NCBI GenBank assembly: GCA_963724765.1
Contig: CAVRVY010000003.1
Coordinates: forward strand, 736,001-800,000
Origin: an uncultured delta proteobacterium
Lineage (GTDB): Bacteria > Desulfobacterota > Binatia > Binatales > Binataceae
Reading direction: 5' to 3'
Length of the DNA stretch: 64,000 bases
The notes beneath the pieces are model-generated. The model saw only the letters and a list, made by a program, of their open reading frames with translations. It made no database searches and was not told the DNA's origin. How positions within the stretch are numbered: position 1 is the first letter of the stretch; every line of letters starts with the position of its first letter. A program made the position numbers and the translations under genes. Of the stretch, positions 44,889 to 54,275 are shown one piece after another.

Positions 44889-47624
44889 ATGGCGCGTGTT
44901 CATCCTGAAATCTATTTCTTCGGCGCGGGCGTGGCCGAGGGCCGCGCCGCGATGCGGGAGCTTCTGGGCGGCAAGGGCGCAGGCCTGCACGAGATGGCCT
45001 CGCTCAAGCTGCCGGTACCGCCCGGCTTCACCATCACGACGCGCGTGTGCACCTACTTCTACACGCACGGCGGCAAGTACCCGGCCGGCCTCAAGGAAGG
45101 GGTCGCCAAGAGCGTCGCGCGAATCGAGAAGGCGATGGGCCGGCGGTTCGGCGATGCGACGAGCCCGCTCCTGGTCTCGGTGCGCTCCGGCGCGCGCGTC
45201 TCGATGCCCGGGATGATGGACACGGTGCTCAACCTGGGGCTCACTGACGAAACCGTCAAGGGACTCGAGTCGGCGAGTCAGAACGCGCGCTTCGCGTGGG
45301 ACTCCTACCGGCGCTTCTGCCAGATGTACGGCGACGTCGTGCTGAAGCTGAAACCCGAGAACAAGAATGATCCCGATCCTTTCGAAGAGCTGATCGATCG
45401 GAAGAAGGCGCTGCGCGGCGTTATCCAGGACGTCGATCTTACCGCTGACGATCTGAAGGAACTGGTCGGCGAATTCCGCGCACTCATCCGCGCCCGCACC
45501 GGGCAGGACGTGCCGCAGGATCCGTGGCAGCAGTTGTGGGCGGCGATCGGTGCGGTGTTCGAGTCGTGGAACAACGATCGTGCCATGACCTACCGCAAGA
45601 TGAACAACATCCCGGGCGACTGGGGTACCGCGGTCACCGTGCAATCGATGGTCTTCGGCAACCTCGGCGCCGATTGCGCAACCGGCGTCGCCTTTACCCG
45701 CGATCCCTCCACCGGCGCAAAGGGCATCTACGGTGAGTTTCTGCCCAACGCGCAGGGCGAAGACGTGGTCGCGGGTATTCGCACGCCGCGTCAAATAAGC
45801 CTTGCCGCCGGTCGCGAGTGGGCCAAGCGCGGCGGCATCAGCGAAGATGAGCGCCGCGACAAGCACGCGACGCTGGAGGAGAGTTTTCCCGCGGCCTACC
45901 GCGATCTGCTGAAAGTCGCGGCGCGGCTGGAGCGCCATTTCCGCGACATGCAGGACCTCGAGTTCACCATCGAGCGCGGCAAGCTCTTCATGCTCCAGAC
46001 CCGCAACGGCAAACGCACCGCCGAGGCCGCGGTCCGCGCGGCGGTCGAGATGACGCAGGAGAAGCTGATCGATCGCGGCATAGCGCTGCTGCGCGTTGAA
46101 CCGGTGCAACTCGAACAACTGCTCCATCCGCGGCTCGATCCGCGCGCTCCCAAAAAGGTGTTGGCGCGCGGACTGCCCGCGTCGCCGGGCGCCGTGGCGG
46201 GCGAAGCCGTGTTCAGCGCCGACGAGGCTGTCGCGGTGACCAAGGCCGGGCGCAAGGTGATCCTGGTGCGCATCGAGACTTCGCCCGAGGACATCCACGG
46301 GATGCAGGTGGCGGAGGGAATCCTGACCGCACGCGGCGGGATGACCAGCCATGCCGCGGTGGTGGCGCGCGGGATGGGCAAGTGTTGCGTGGCGGGATGC
46401 TCGGAGATCGAAATCAACTACGCGGCCGGCACGCTCAGCGCCGCCGGCAAGGTGATTCATCGCGGCGAATACCTGACGCTCGACGGCACCGCCGGCGAGG
46501 TCATCGAGGGACGCGTGCCGACCGTCGAGCCGGTGATGTCGCCGTTCTTCAAGAAATTTCTTGGATGGGCCGACGCCGAGCGGCGTCTTGGCGTGCGCGC
46601 CAATGCCGACACCCCGCACGACGCCAGGACTGCGCGCGAGTTCGGCGCCGAGGGGATCGGGCTCTGCCGCACGGAGCATATGTTCTTCGCGCCGGAGCGA
46701 ATCGAAGCGGTGCGCGAAATGATCCTGGCCGAGAACGGCGAGCAACGCGCGCGCGCCTTGGCCAAGATTGTGCCGATGCAGCGCGACGATTTCGTCGGCA
46801 TCCTGCGCGAGATGAAGGGGCTGCCGGTGACGATCCGCCTGCTCGATCCGCCACTGCACGAGTTCCTGCCCAAGGAGGACTCGGAGATTCGCGACCTTGC
46901 CGCCAAGATCGGCGTCACTCCGGATCATCTCAAACAGGTGCGCGACAGCCTGTTCGAGTTCAACCCGATGCTGGGGCATCGCGGCTCGCGCCTGGGCATC
47001 AGCTACCCCGAGATCTACAAGGCGCAGGTCCGCGCGATCCTCGAGGCCGCCACCCAGTTGCATGCCGAGGGCGTGCGCGTGATTCCCGAAATCATGCTGC
47101 CGCTCATCGGCGAGCGCCGCGAATACGAGGTGCTGGCATCCGAAATTCGCGAGGTCGCCAAGGAACTGCGCACGCGCGTCAAGTATTCGATCGGCACGAT
47201 GATCGAGGTGCCGCGCGCCTGCATCGAGGCCGGCGAGATCGGCGCGGTCGCCGAGTTCTTTTCGTTCGGAACCAACGACCTCACCCAGATGACTTACGGG
47301 CTCTCGCGCGACGACTCGGGCAAATTTCTTGGCGACTATATCGAGCGTGGCATCTACAAGACCGACCCGTTTGCGCAACTCGATCCCGACGGCGTCGGCG
47401 GCCTGATGCGAATCGCAATCGAGCGCGGGCGCAAGGCCAACCCCAAACTCAAGCTCGGCATCTGCGGCGAGCACGGCGGCGATCCCGAGAGCGTCAAGCT
47501 CTGCCATCGCCTGGGACTCGACTACGTTTCCTGCTCGCCGTTTCGGATTCCGGTCGCACGGCTGGCCGCCGCACAGGCCGCGATCGAGGAGCGTCGCACC
47601 AAGCGCGCCTTCAAGGACGTATAG
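44889..47624 (+). CDS. ppdK: Pyruvate phosphate dikinase
   Basis: LLGGKGA, SVRSGA..SMPGMMDT, GGMTSHAAVVAR, GIGLCRTEHM, SFGTNDLTQ, GICGEHGG. Confidence 0.98.
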   Translation: MARVHPEIYFFGAGVAEGRAAMRELLGGKGAGLHEMASLKLPVPPGFTITTRVCTYFYTHGGKYPAGLKEGVAKSVARIEKAMGRRFGDATSPLLVSVRSGARVSMPGMMDTVLNLGLTDETVKGLESASQNARFAWDSYRRFCQMYGDVVLKLKPENKNDPDPFEELIDRKKALRGVIQDVDLTADDLKELVGEFRALIRARTGQDVPQDPWQQLWAAIGAVFESWNNDRAMTYRKMNNIPGDWGTAVTVQSMVFGNLGADCATGVAFTRDPSTGAKGIYGEFLPNAQGEDVVAGIRTPRQISLAAGREWAKRGGISEDERRDKHATLEESFPAAYRDLLKVAARLERHFRDMQDLEFTIERGKLFMLQTRNGKRTAEAAVRAAVEMTQEKLIDRGIALLRVEPVQLEQLLHPRLDPRAPKKVLARGLPASPGAVAGEAVFSADEAVAVTKAGRKVILVRIETSPEDIHGMQVAEGILTARGGMTSHAAVVARGMGKCCVAGCSEIEINYAAGTLSAAGKVIHRGEYLTLDGTAGEVIEGRVPTVEPVMSPFFKKFLGWADAERRLGVRANADTPHDARTAREFGAEGIGLCRTEHMFFAPERIEAVREMILAENGEQRARALAKIVPMQRDDFVGILREMKGLPVTIRLLDPPLHEFLPKEDSEIRDLAAKIGVTPDHLKQVRDSLFEFNPMLGHRGSRLGISYPEIYKAQVRAILEAATQLHAEGVRVIPEIMLPLIGERREYEVLASEIREVAKELRTRVKYSIGTMIEVPRACIEAGEIGAVAEFFSFGTNDLTQMTYGLSRDDSGKFLGDYIERGIYKTDPFAQLDPDGVGGLMRIAIERGRKANPKLKLGICGEHGGDPESVKLCHRLGLDYVSCSPFRIPVARLAAAQAAIEERRTKRAFKDV

Positions 47625-47695
47625 CGCAAGCGCGCATACTGGCCGGCGCGCCGCGGATACTCGGCGGGCGATCTCTGCGCGGCCGACCGCCCTCG

Positions 47696-48604
47696 TTAGC
47701 CGAGGTAGTCTTCGACGCGAATCGCGGTGACGGGAACCTGGCGGACCCGGTTGTCGCGCAGAATCTTCAGCTTGACGATCTCCCCCGCGTGATGGTTGTT
47801 GATCGTCTCATATAACGTGCGCCGGTCGTGGATCTCATGCTCGTCGGCGGACAGCACCACGTCGCCCTGCTTGAGCCCGGCCTTCTCGCCCGGGCTTCCC
47901 GGCATCACACCCGCAATCACCACGTGCTCGCGCAGCGTGTAAGACAGCACCCCCAGCCACAGCCGCGACGGCACGCTGACGCGCCGGCCGTGGCGCACCA
48001 ACTCATCGCGGCTCAGGATGAAGCATTCGCCGGGGATGGCCAGGATAGCGCGGCTCAGGTCAGCGAAATTAAGATACGAAATGCCGATGACCTGCCCGCG
48101 CGAGTTGCAAATCGGTCCGCCGTTGAGTCCGATGTTGAGCGCCGAGGCGGTCACGCAGATGCATCGTTCGAGCACGAACTCCCACGCCGCGTCGAACGGG
48201 CCGAGGTACGTGATATGCCCAACATCGGCGCATCGCTTCTCGCCTCCGAGGCTCGACACCATGAATACTTCCTGGCCGGGCGAACAGGTCAGCGACGAGA
48301 TCGCCTGCAGGAAAGGCAGCCCGCGGCCGTCAACCTTTAGCAGCGCGATGTTGGTCGTAAAGTCCTGCGCCACGATCGCCGCCGGCATCTCCTGGCCGCT
48401 GCAGAGCGTGACCGATACGCTCTGCGCACCCATCAGCATGTAATTGACTGTGATGATGAGTCCGTCCGCACTGACCAGCGTGCCGGTTCCGTTGCGGTCG
48501 GTGCCAAGCCCGATGCTGGCCGAGGGATGTGAGGCCGGTACCACCGAATGAATACCGACGGTCGCGTGCGCGACCTTCTCAAGCAGAGACAACGTGGCGT
48601 TCAA
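47696..48604 (-). CDS. Trypsin-like (S1C/HtrA-fold) plus PDZ protein with a degenerate catalytic triad
   Basis: GTGTLV..DGLIITVNY, NIALLKV, GLNGGP; PDZ WLGV, GSPGEKAGLKQGDV. Confidence 0.82.
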   Translation of the reverse strand: MNATLSLLEKVAHATVGIHSVVPASHPSASIGLGTDRNGTGTLVSADGLIITVNYMLMGAQSVSVTLCSGQEMPAAIVAQDFTTNIALLKVDGRGLPFLQAISSLTCSPGQEVFMVSSLGGEKRCADVGHITYLGPFDAAWEFVLERCICVTASALNIGLNGGPICNSRGQVIGISYLNFADLSRAILAIPGECFILSRDELVRHGRRVSVPSRLWLGVLSYTLREHVVIAGVMPGSPGEKAGLKQGDVVLSADEHEIHDRRTLYETINNHHAGEIVKLKILRDNRVRQVPVTAIRVEDYLG

Positions 48605-48858
48605 AACTTCGCTCCGTAAAAACTCGCGGGCGGACTGTCGACCGCCGCGCGAACCTGCGCCTTGACAGATTTGAGCATAGTGGCGCGCCGTTTCAAGCTC
48701 CGTGAAACATGGCGGATCAACATATTCAACATATTGTGGACGGCCGTGTCCGCGGGCCGCGGGAGGCTCGCTTGATTTTTGTCAGTTTGACTTTTATCCC
48801 CTACCGGGCCTAGGCACAATTCTGTAGCGTCTGGCGGGTCACTGAGGGTTTTGAAGCG

Positions 48859-49038
48859 ATGGAAGCGTTGAAGGTGGTATCGGCCGACTCAAACATGACA
48901 GAACCGGGCGCATTGTGGGCGGAGCGGCTGGGTAAAAAATATCGCGACCGCGCGCCCGAGAATTTCGCCGGCGTGCCGGCCGAGATAACCAACCGGATCG
49001 TGTTCGAGAACGCCAACCGCCTGTACGATAGGACTTGA
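48859..49038 (+). pseudogene. Internally deleted amidohydrolase remnant (59 aa, below the ORF-track cutoff)
   Basis: MEALKVVSADSNMTEPGALWAERLGKKYRDRAP joined directly to ENFAGVPAEITNRIVFENANRLY. Confidence 0.75.
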
Positions 49039-49073
49039 AGTAGAAAGACGGCGGCGATTACTACGCCGGGGCG

Positions 49074-49565
49074 ATGAAAGCTGGCACAATGGGCGTCGAG
49101 CGAAGCGCAATCGAGCGATTTCTCTACCACGAGGCGCGCCTGATGGATAACCATCGGTACGACGACTGGCATGCGCTGTGGGCCGATGACGGCCAAGTAA
49201 TCTATTGGGTGCCGTGCAATGGCGACGACCTGGATCCCAGGGTCAACGTCTCGATCATTTACGACACCCGCACGCAGTTGCGTAACCGGATTACGCGTCT
49301 GCGCGAAACGCTTTGGCTGAACGAGCAGGCGCCGCGGCTCAGCCGCGTAATCTCGAACGTCGAAATCGAGGACGAGACGCCTGCCGAAGTGACGGCCAGC
49401 TCCAACTTCATCCTGGCCCAACTGCATCGGCACAATCAGTACCTGTGGGCGGGAACCTCGATTCACAAGCTGGTCCCGGCCGGCGACAGCTTCAGGATTC
49501 GCTCGAAGAAGGTCGTGCTGATCAACAACGATGAACCGATGCCCAACCTGGTGTTTCTGATTTAG
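49074..49565 (+). CDS. Aromatic-ring-hydroxylating oxygenase, beta subunit
   Basis: FLYHEARLMD..YDDW, YWVP, LRNRITRL, RVISNV, KKVVLIN. Confidence 0.92.
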   Translation: MKAGTMGVERSAIERFLYHEARLMDNHRYDDWHALWADDGQVIYWVPCNGDDLDPRVNVSIIYDTRTQLRNRITRLRETLWLNEQAPRLSRVISNVEIEDETPAEVTASSNFILAQLHRHNQYLWAGTSIHKLVPAGDSFRIRSKKVVLINNDEPMPNLVFLI

Positions 49566-49593
49566 TCGTCGTGCGCCAGTGGCGACACGATGA

Positions 49594-50901
49594 ATGAATG
49601 AGTTGTCAGGCGAGGGCCGGGCAAGGACTACGATGCCTTCCACGCAAGCCGACTATAACCATCTGGTTCAGGACGATCGCGTAAACGGACGAGTCTACTA
49701 CGATCCGGCCGTCTTCGAAGAGGAGCTGGAGAAAATCTGGTATCGGGACTGGATATACGTGGCTCATGAGAGTGAGATTCCCGAGCCGGGCGACTATGTA
49801 ACGCGCCGGATCGGGTTGCAACCGGTCATCGTCTCGCGCGACGAAGACCGCGCGGTCCACCTGTTGCTCAACCGCTGCATGCATCGCGGCAACACTGTAT
49901 GCCAGAGCGAGCGCGGCAACGCGCACGCCTTCCGCTGCGCCTACCACGGATGGACCTACAACAATCGCGGCGCGCTGGTAGGAGTGCCATACGCGGCCGG
50001 CTATGACGGTTCCTTCTCTCGTGAGGAATTCCCGCTGGCGCGGGTGGCGCGGATGGCGTCTTATCGTGGACTCATCTTCGGCAGCATGATCGCGTCGGGG
50101 CCGAGCCTTAAGGAGCGGCTGGGCAACGCTGCGAGGCTAATTGACCAGTTCGTCGATCTGTCGCCCGAAGGCGAGGTTGTGCTGCGTTCGGGAGTGCTCA
50201 AACATTCGTTCAAGGGCAACTGGAAGATGGCGCTTGAGAACGCGGTCGACGGCTACCATCCAAACATCCTGCATCACGCGGCGATGATGCTGATCACCAA
50301 GGGGCGCAAGGTCGACATGGAGTCGGTTTTCGGCGAGCACACCGACGCGCTCGCGCGCGACCTGGGCAACGGCAGCGCCCAACTCGACCTGACTGCGGTG
50401 AACCGTGACCGCGGCGGGCGGGTGGTACCGCACGGATGGAGTCCCGCGGCGTGGCAACAATACCAGGGCGCGATGCAACTGCGCTACGGAGCGGATCGCG
50501 CGCGCGAAATAATGGAAATCGGCGGCCCGCACTTCTGTATATTCCCGAATATTATTTTCATACTTAACCAGTTCCGCATCATCCAGCCGGTGAGCGTCAA
50601 TGAGACAGTCGTCTATTACTATCCGACGATGCTCAAAGGAGCGCCCGAGGAGATGAATCAACGCCGTCTCGCCGAGACTTACCTGATTCACGGGCCGGCG
50701 GGACGCGTTGCCCCCGATGATTTCGAGGCCTACGAGCGCAACCAGGAGGGCTTCCGCGCGCAGACCAACGAATGGCTGGTGCTGCGCCGCGGACTCCATC
50801 GCGAACAGCGCGAGCCCGCCGGCACCATTGCCGGCCATGAAACCGACGAAACCACGCAGCGCGGAATCTGGCGCCACTACCGCGAGGTGATGCGCCCGTA
50901 G
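49594..50901 (+). CDS. Rieske aromatic-ring-hydroxylating oxygenase, alpha subunit
   Basis: CMHRG and CAYHGW Rieske motif, NWK..ENAVDGYH...H, PDD; start may be 49633. Confidence 0.93.
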   Translation: MNELSGEGRARTTMPSTQADYNHLVQDDRVNGRVYYDPAVFEEELEKIWYRDWIYVAHESEIPEPGDYVTRRIGLQPVIVSRDEDRAVHLLLNRCMHRGNTVCQSERGNAHAFRCAYHGWTYNNRGALVGVPYAAGYDGSFSREEFPLARVARMASYRGLIFGSMIASGPSLKERLGNAARLIDQFVDLSPEGEVVLRSGVLKHSFKGNWKMALENAVDGYHPNILHHAAMMLITKGRKVDMESVFGEHTDALARDLGNGSAQLDLTAVNRDRGGRVVPHGWSPAAWQQYQGAMQLRYGADRAREIMEIGGPHFCIFPNIIFILNQFRIIQPVSVNETVVYYYPTMLKGAPEEMNQRRLAETYLIHGPAGRVAPDDFEAYERNQEGFRAQTNEWLVLRRGLHREQREPAGTIAGHETDETTQRGIWRHYREVMRP

Positions 50902-50908
50902 CCCGGCG

Positions 50909-52135
50909 TCAGCGCGGCTCGCGATGCAGAATGCCCGTGCGCTCGAGCTCTTCAACCCGCTCGCGCGAATAGCCGAGGTAGCCAGTAAGAATCTCCTCGT
51001 TGTGCTGCCCAAGCATCGGTGCGCCATCACCGGCCGGCTCGGGAAAGCTCGAGAAGTGCAGCGGAAACCCGGGCAGGTCAAAGCTGCCCAGGATCGGATC
51101 GTGGACGGTGGCGACCGTGCCACGTTGGCGAAGGTGCGGAAGCTTGAGCGCCTCGTCGGGCGAGAGCACGGGCGCCGCCGGCACGCGATGCTCGGCCAGG
51201 CGATCCATCGCGGCTTGGTCGCTCGGCATCGCGGCGAGCCATCCCTCGATGATGCGAATCAGCTCGGGGAGGTTCTCGAGCCGCCGCGAATTGGTCCTGA
51301 AGCGATCGTCGCTCGCTAGCTCGGACCGCCCCATTGCGTCGCACAACTGCGCGAACTGGTGGTCGATACCGGCGATGATGATGATATAGCGCTCGTGCCC
51401 TTTGAACATCCCGCACGGCGCGGCGTAGGAGATATGATGGCCGCTGCGCTCCGGCTTAATCGCGCCGCCGCTTAGACTGTACATCTGGATCGCCGTGTGA
51501 TGGCAGTGGAAGTAGGCGTCGAGCAACGCGATGTCGAGAAACTGGCCCTCGCCGGTGCGCTCGCGATGCAGCAGCGCCGCCACCACTGCCAGCGCCGCGT
51601 GCACGCCTGTGCTCACGTCGCCGAGCGCTGCGGCCGGAAAGTAGGGCGGGCCGTCCACTTCACCGATCATGTAGGTAATTCCCGAGTACGCCTGCGCGAT
51701 GAAGTCGTAGCCCGGCAGATGCGCGAGCGGACCCTGCTGACCGAAGGTCGAGACCGAGCACATCACGATACGCGAGTTGAGCGCGCGCGCGGCCTCGTAA
51801 TCCAGGCCCATCCGCGCGATCACGCCGGGCGCGAAATTCTCCACCACCACGTCGACCTTGGCCACGAGTTCCTTAAGAATCGCGAGGCCGGCCGGATTCT
51901 TGACGTCGAGGCAGAGACTGCGCTTGCCCAGGTTTTGCTGGACGAAGTAGCCGCTGCGATGATCGCGGACAAGAGGCAGCGTGCGTGTGCGGTCGCCGTC
52001 GGGCGCAATCTCCACCTTGATAACCTCGGCGCCCATTTGCGCCATCATCCTGGTGACGGTGGGCCCGGCGATGAACTGGGTGAAGTCGAGGACTTTGTAG
52101 CCGTCGAGTACGTGGGTCGGTCGGTTTGAACTCAT
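50909..52135 (-). CDS. CaiB/BaiF CoA-transferase
   Basis: VLDFTQFIAGP, NLGKRS, ENFAPG, GYDFIAQ, LGDVSTG. Confidence 0.92.
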   Translation of the reverse strand: MSSNRPTHVLDGYKVLDFTQFIAGPTVTRMMAQMGAEVIKVEIAPDGDRTRTLPLVRDHRSGYFVQQNLGKRSLCLDVKNPAGLAILKELVAKVDVVVENFAPGVIARMGLDYEAARALNSRIVMCSVSTFGQQGPLAHLPGYDFIAQAYSGITYMIGEVDGPPYFPAAALGDVSTGVHAALAVVAALLHRERTGEGQFLDIALLDAYFHCHHTAIQMYSLSGGAIKPERSGHHISYAAPCGMFKGHERYIIIIAGIDHQFAQLCDAMGRSELASDDRFRTNSRRLENLPELIRIIEGWLAAMPSDQAAMDRLAEHRVPAAPVLSPDEALKLPHLRQRGTVATVHDPILGSFDLPGFPLHFSSFPEPAGDGAPMLGQHNEEILTGYLGYSRERVEELERTGILHREPR

Positions 52136-52309
52136 GCATTAGTCCGGGTGCGGAGTCGGGCACTCTACGCCTTCGCGCGCTGCGCCCACGGAAGCTTTCA
52201 GCTAGCACTAAGACAAGCGCGTTTGGGTTGTCAAGTTTGATCGCTTTAGGCAGTCTCGGCATCCAGTCTCGGTATTGTTTGATGAGACGCAGTAAAAGGA
52301 GAGAGCGTC

Positions 52310-53032
52310 ATGGCGGAAAGTTTCCTGCTCGAGAAAGACGGCCGGGTCGCGACACTGATATTCAACCGGCCCGAGAAGCGCAATCCGCTCAACGAAGAGG
52401 TTGTGCTGGAGTTCGAAGGGCTGCTGCACAAGGTGCGCGACGACTGCGACATCCGCGTGCTGGTCGTCACCGGCAGCGGCAACACTTTCTCGGCCGGCGC
52501 TGACCTTTCGACGCTCAAGGAAGTGACGGATCCCGAGGAGCGCCAACGTCTGTTTGCGCCACTGTCCAAGCGGCGCTCGCGCCTTATCGGGCGCGCGCTC
52601 GGCGTGCTCGCCAACCTCGAGGTGCTGACTATCGCCGCGATCAACGGCTACGCGATCGGCGGCGGATGGGGTATCGCGCTCGGCTGCGACATCCGAATCG
52701 CAGTCGCTGGCGCGCAGTTCTGGTTCCCCGAAGTCGATCTCGGCGTGCCGCTAAGTCCCGAGGCGACCTCGCTGCTTGCGGCGCAGAGCGGCCCCGCGAT
52801 CACCAAGGAGGTCATCATCACCTGCCGCCGCTATATCGCCGAGGAACTGTTGCCTATGGGGCTGGTGAACCGGGTGGTGAAGAAGGAGGAGCTTTACCCG
52901 ACGGTGCGCGAGATGGCGCGCGCGATTGCGGCGAAGAATCCGGTCGCCGTGATGGGCGCCAAGGCGACGGTCAACGCGGTGAGCAGCGGCGGCCGCGCGC
53001 TCAGGCTGGATCTGTTGCTCGACCGCGGCTGA
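52310..53032 (+). CDS. Enoyl-CoA hydratase/isomerase family protein
   Basis: NRPEKRN, FSAGADL, IAAINGYAIGGG, CDIRIA, PEVDLG. Confidence 0.92.
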   Translation: MAESFLLEKDGRVATLIFNRPEKRNPLNEEVVLEFEGLLHKVRDDCDIRVLVVTGSGNTFSAGADLSTLKEVTDPEERQRLFAPLSKRRSRLIGRALGVLANLEVLTIAAINGYAIGGGWGIALGCDIRIAVAGAQFWFPEVDLGVPLSPEATSLLAAQSGPAITKEVIITCRRYIAEELLPMGLVNRVVKKEELYPTVREMARAIAAKNPVAVMGAKATVNAVSSGGRALRLDLLLDRG

Positions 53033-53039
53033 TCGCGCT

Positions 53040-54275
53040 TCAGTACAGCGGCCGGTTGCCGATGATCTTGTCCGCTTCCAGCCGCGCGATCTCGGCGTTG
53101 CTCAGTCCGAGGATTTTCGACAGGACGTAGTGATTGTCCGCGCCGAGCATCGGGCCGACCTTTCTAATCGGCGGATGCTCACCGTCGATTTGCGCCGGAA
53201 AAGAGGGGTACGGATGGCGCCCAGCGATGGGATGGTCCACGTACTGAAAAAAATCAGCCGCCTTAAGGCCGGGATCCTCGAGCAGGTCCGATGGCGCGAG
53301 CACCGGCGCCGCGGGGATGCCGCGCGATTGCAGGTCGCGCGCGAGTTCGTGGCGGTCCAAGCGCGCGGTCCACTGGGCGACGAGTTCGTTAAGCGCGACG
53401 CGGTTTTGCCGGCGCGATAGCGGCGTGGCGAAGCGCGCGTCCGAGGCCCATCGCGGATTGTCCATCGCCGCGAGCAGCGCGCGCCACTGCGGCTCGGTCG
53501 CGACGCTTAGCGCCACCCACGCATCGTCGCCGCGCGCGGGAAACGCGCCGTGCGGCGCGATCGCCGAATCGTCGCAGGTCGCGCGCGCGCGCGGGCGTCC
53601 GGTGAACTCGAACTCGACCAGCGCATCCGCGATGTACTGCATGCTGGCCTCGAGCTGCGCGACGTCGAGATGCTGGCCCTCGCCCGTGGCACGCGCATGA
53701 TGCACGGCGGCGAGCGTGCAGAACGCCGCGAGGTAGCCGGCGAACGGATCTGAAACGCCCACGCCATGAATTAGCGCGCCCTCGCCCGTGTATCCGCTGA
53801 GCCCCGAGATTCCCGAGAGCGCCTCGCCGATGGCGGCGAACGAAACGTAGTCGCGCCACGGTCCCTCCTGGCCGAAGCCTGACACGGAGGTCATCACGAT
53901 CGCCGGATTGACCTCGCGCAGGGTCTCGTAGGAAAGCCCGAGCTGCGGCATCACGCGCGGCGAGTAGTTTTGCACCACCGCGTCGCTGCGCTTTACCAGT
54001 TCCTTGAACAGCCGCACGCCCTCGGGCCGCGCGAGATCGAGCGTCAGGTCCAGCTTGTTGCGGTTGGTCGCGTTGAAGGGCGGCGACAGCTCATAGACTT
54101 CCGCCGGATCACCCGAGACCGCGACGATACGAAATTGATCGGGCCGCTGGATCGATTCGACCTTGATCACCTCTGCGCCGAGGTCGGCCATGATCGCGGT
54201 CGGCAGCGGCCCCGCCCAATAGGCGGTGAAGTCGACGATGCGGATTCCCTCGAGCGGCAGCGACTCGGCGTTCAT
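53040..54275 (-). CDS. CaiB/BaiF CoA-transferase, catalytic-type subunit
   Basis: LEGIRIVDFTAYWAGP, NRNKLD, GVGVSDPFAG, TGEGQHLD. Confidence 0.9.
   Translation of the reverse strand: MNAESLPLEGIRIVDFTAYWAGPLPTAIMADLGAEVIKVESIQRPDQFRIVAVSGDPAEVYELSPPFNATNRNKLDLTLDLARPEGVRLFKELVKRSDAVVQNYSPRVMPQLGLSYETLREVNPAIVMTSVSGFGQEGPWRDYVSFAAIGEALSGISGLSGYTGEGALIHGVGVSDPFAGYLAAFCTLAAVHHARATGEGQHLDVAQLEASMQYIADALVEFEFTGRPRARATCDDSAIAPHGAFPARGDDAWVALSVATEPQWRALLAAMDNPRWASDARFATPLSRRQNRVALNELVAQWTARLDRHELARDLQSRGIPAAPVLAPSDLLEDPGLKAADFFQYVDHPIAGRHPYPSFPAQIDGEHPPIRKVGPMLGADNHYVLSKILGLSNAEIARLEADKIIGNRPLY

Noticed and set aside
44787-47507. 906-aa antisense ORF over ppdK, and similar long ORFs at 38445-40175, 23237-24850 and 46382-47815
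   Set aside because: Shadow ORFs expected from high-GC codon bias; no recognisable motifs and full overlap with confident genes
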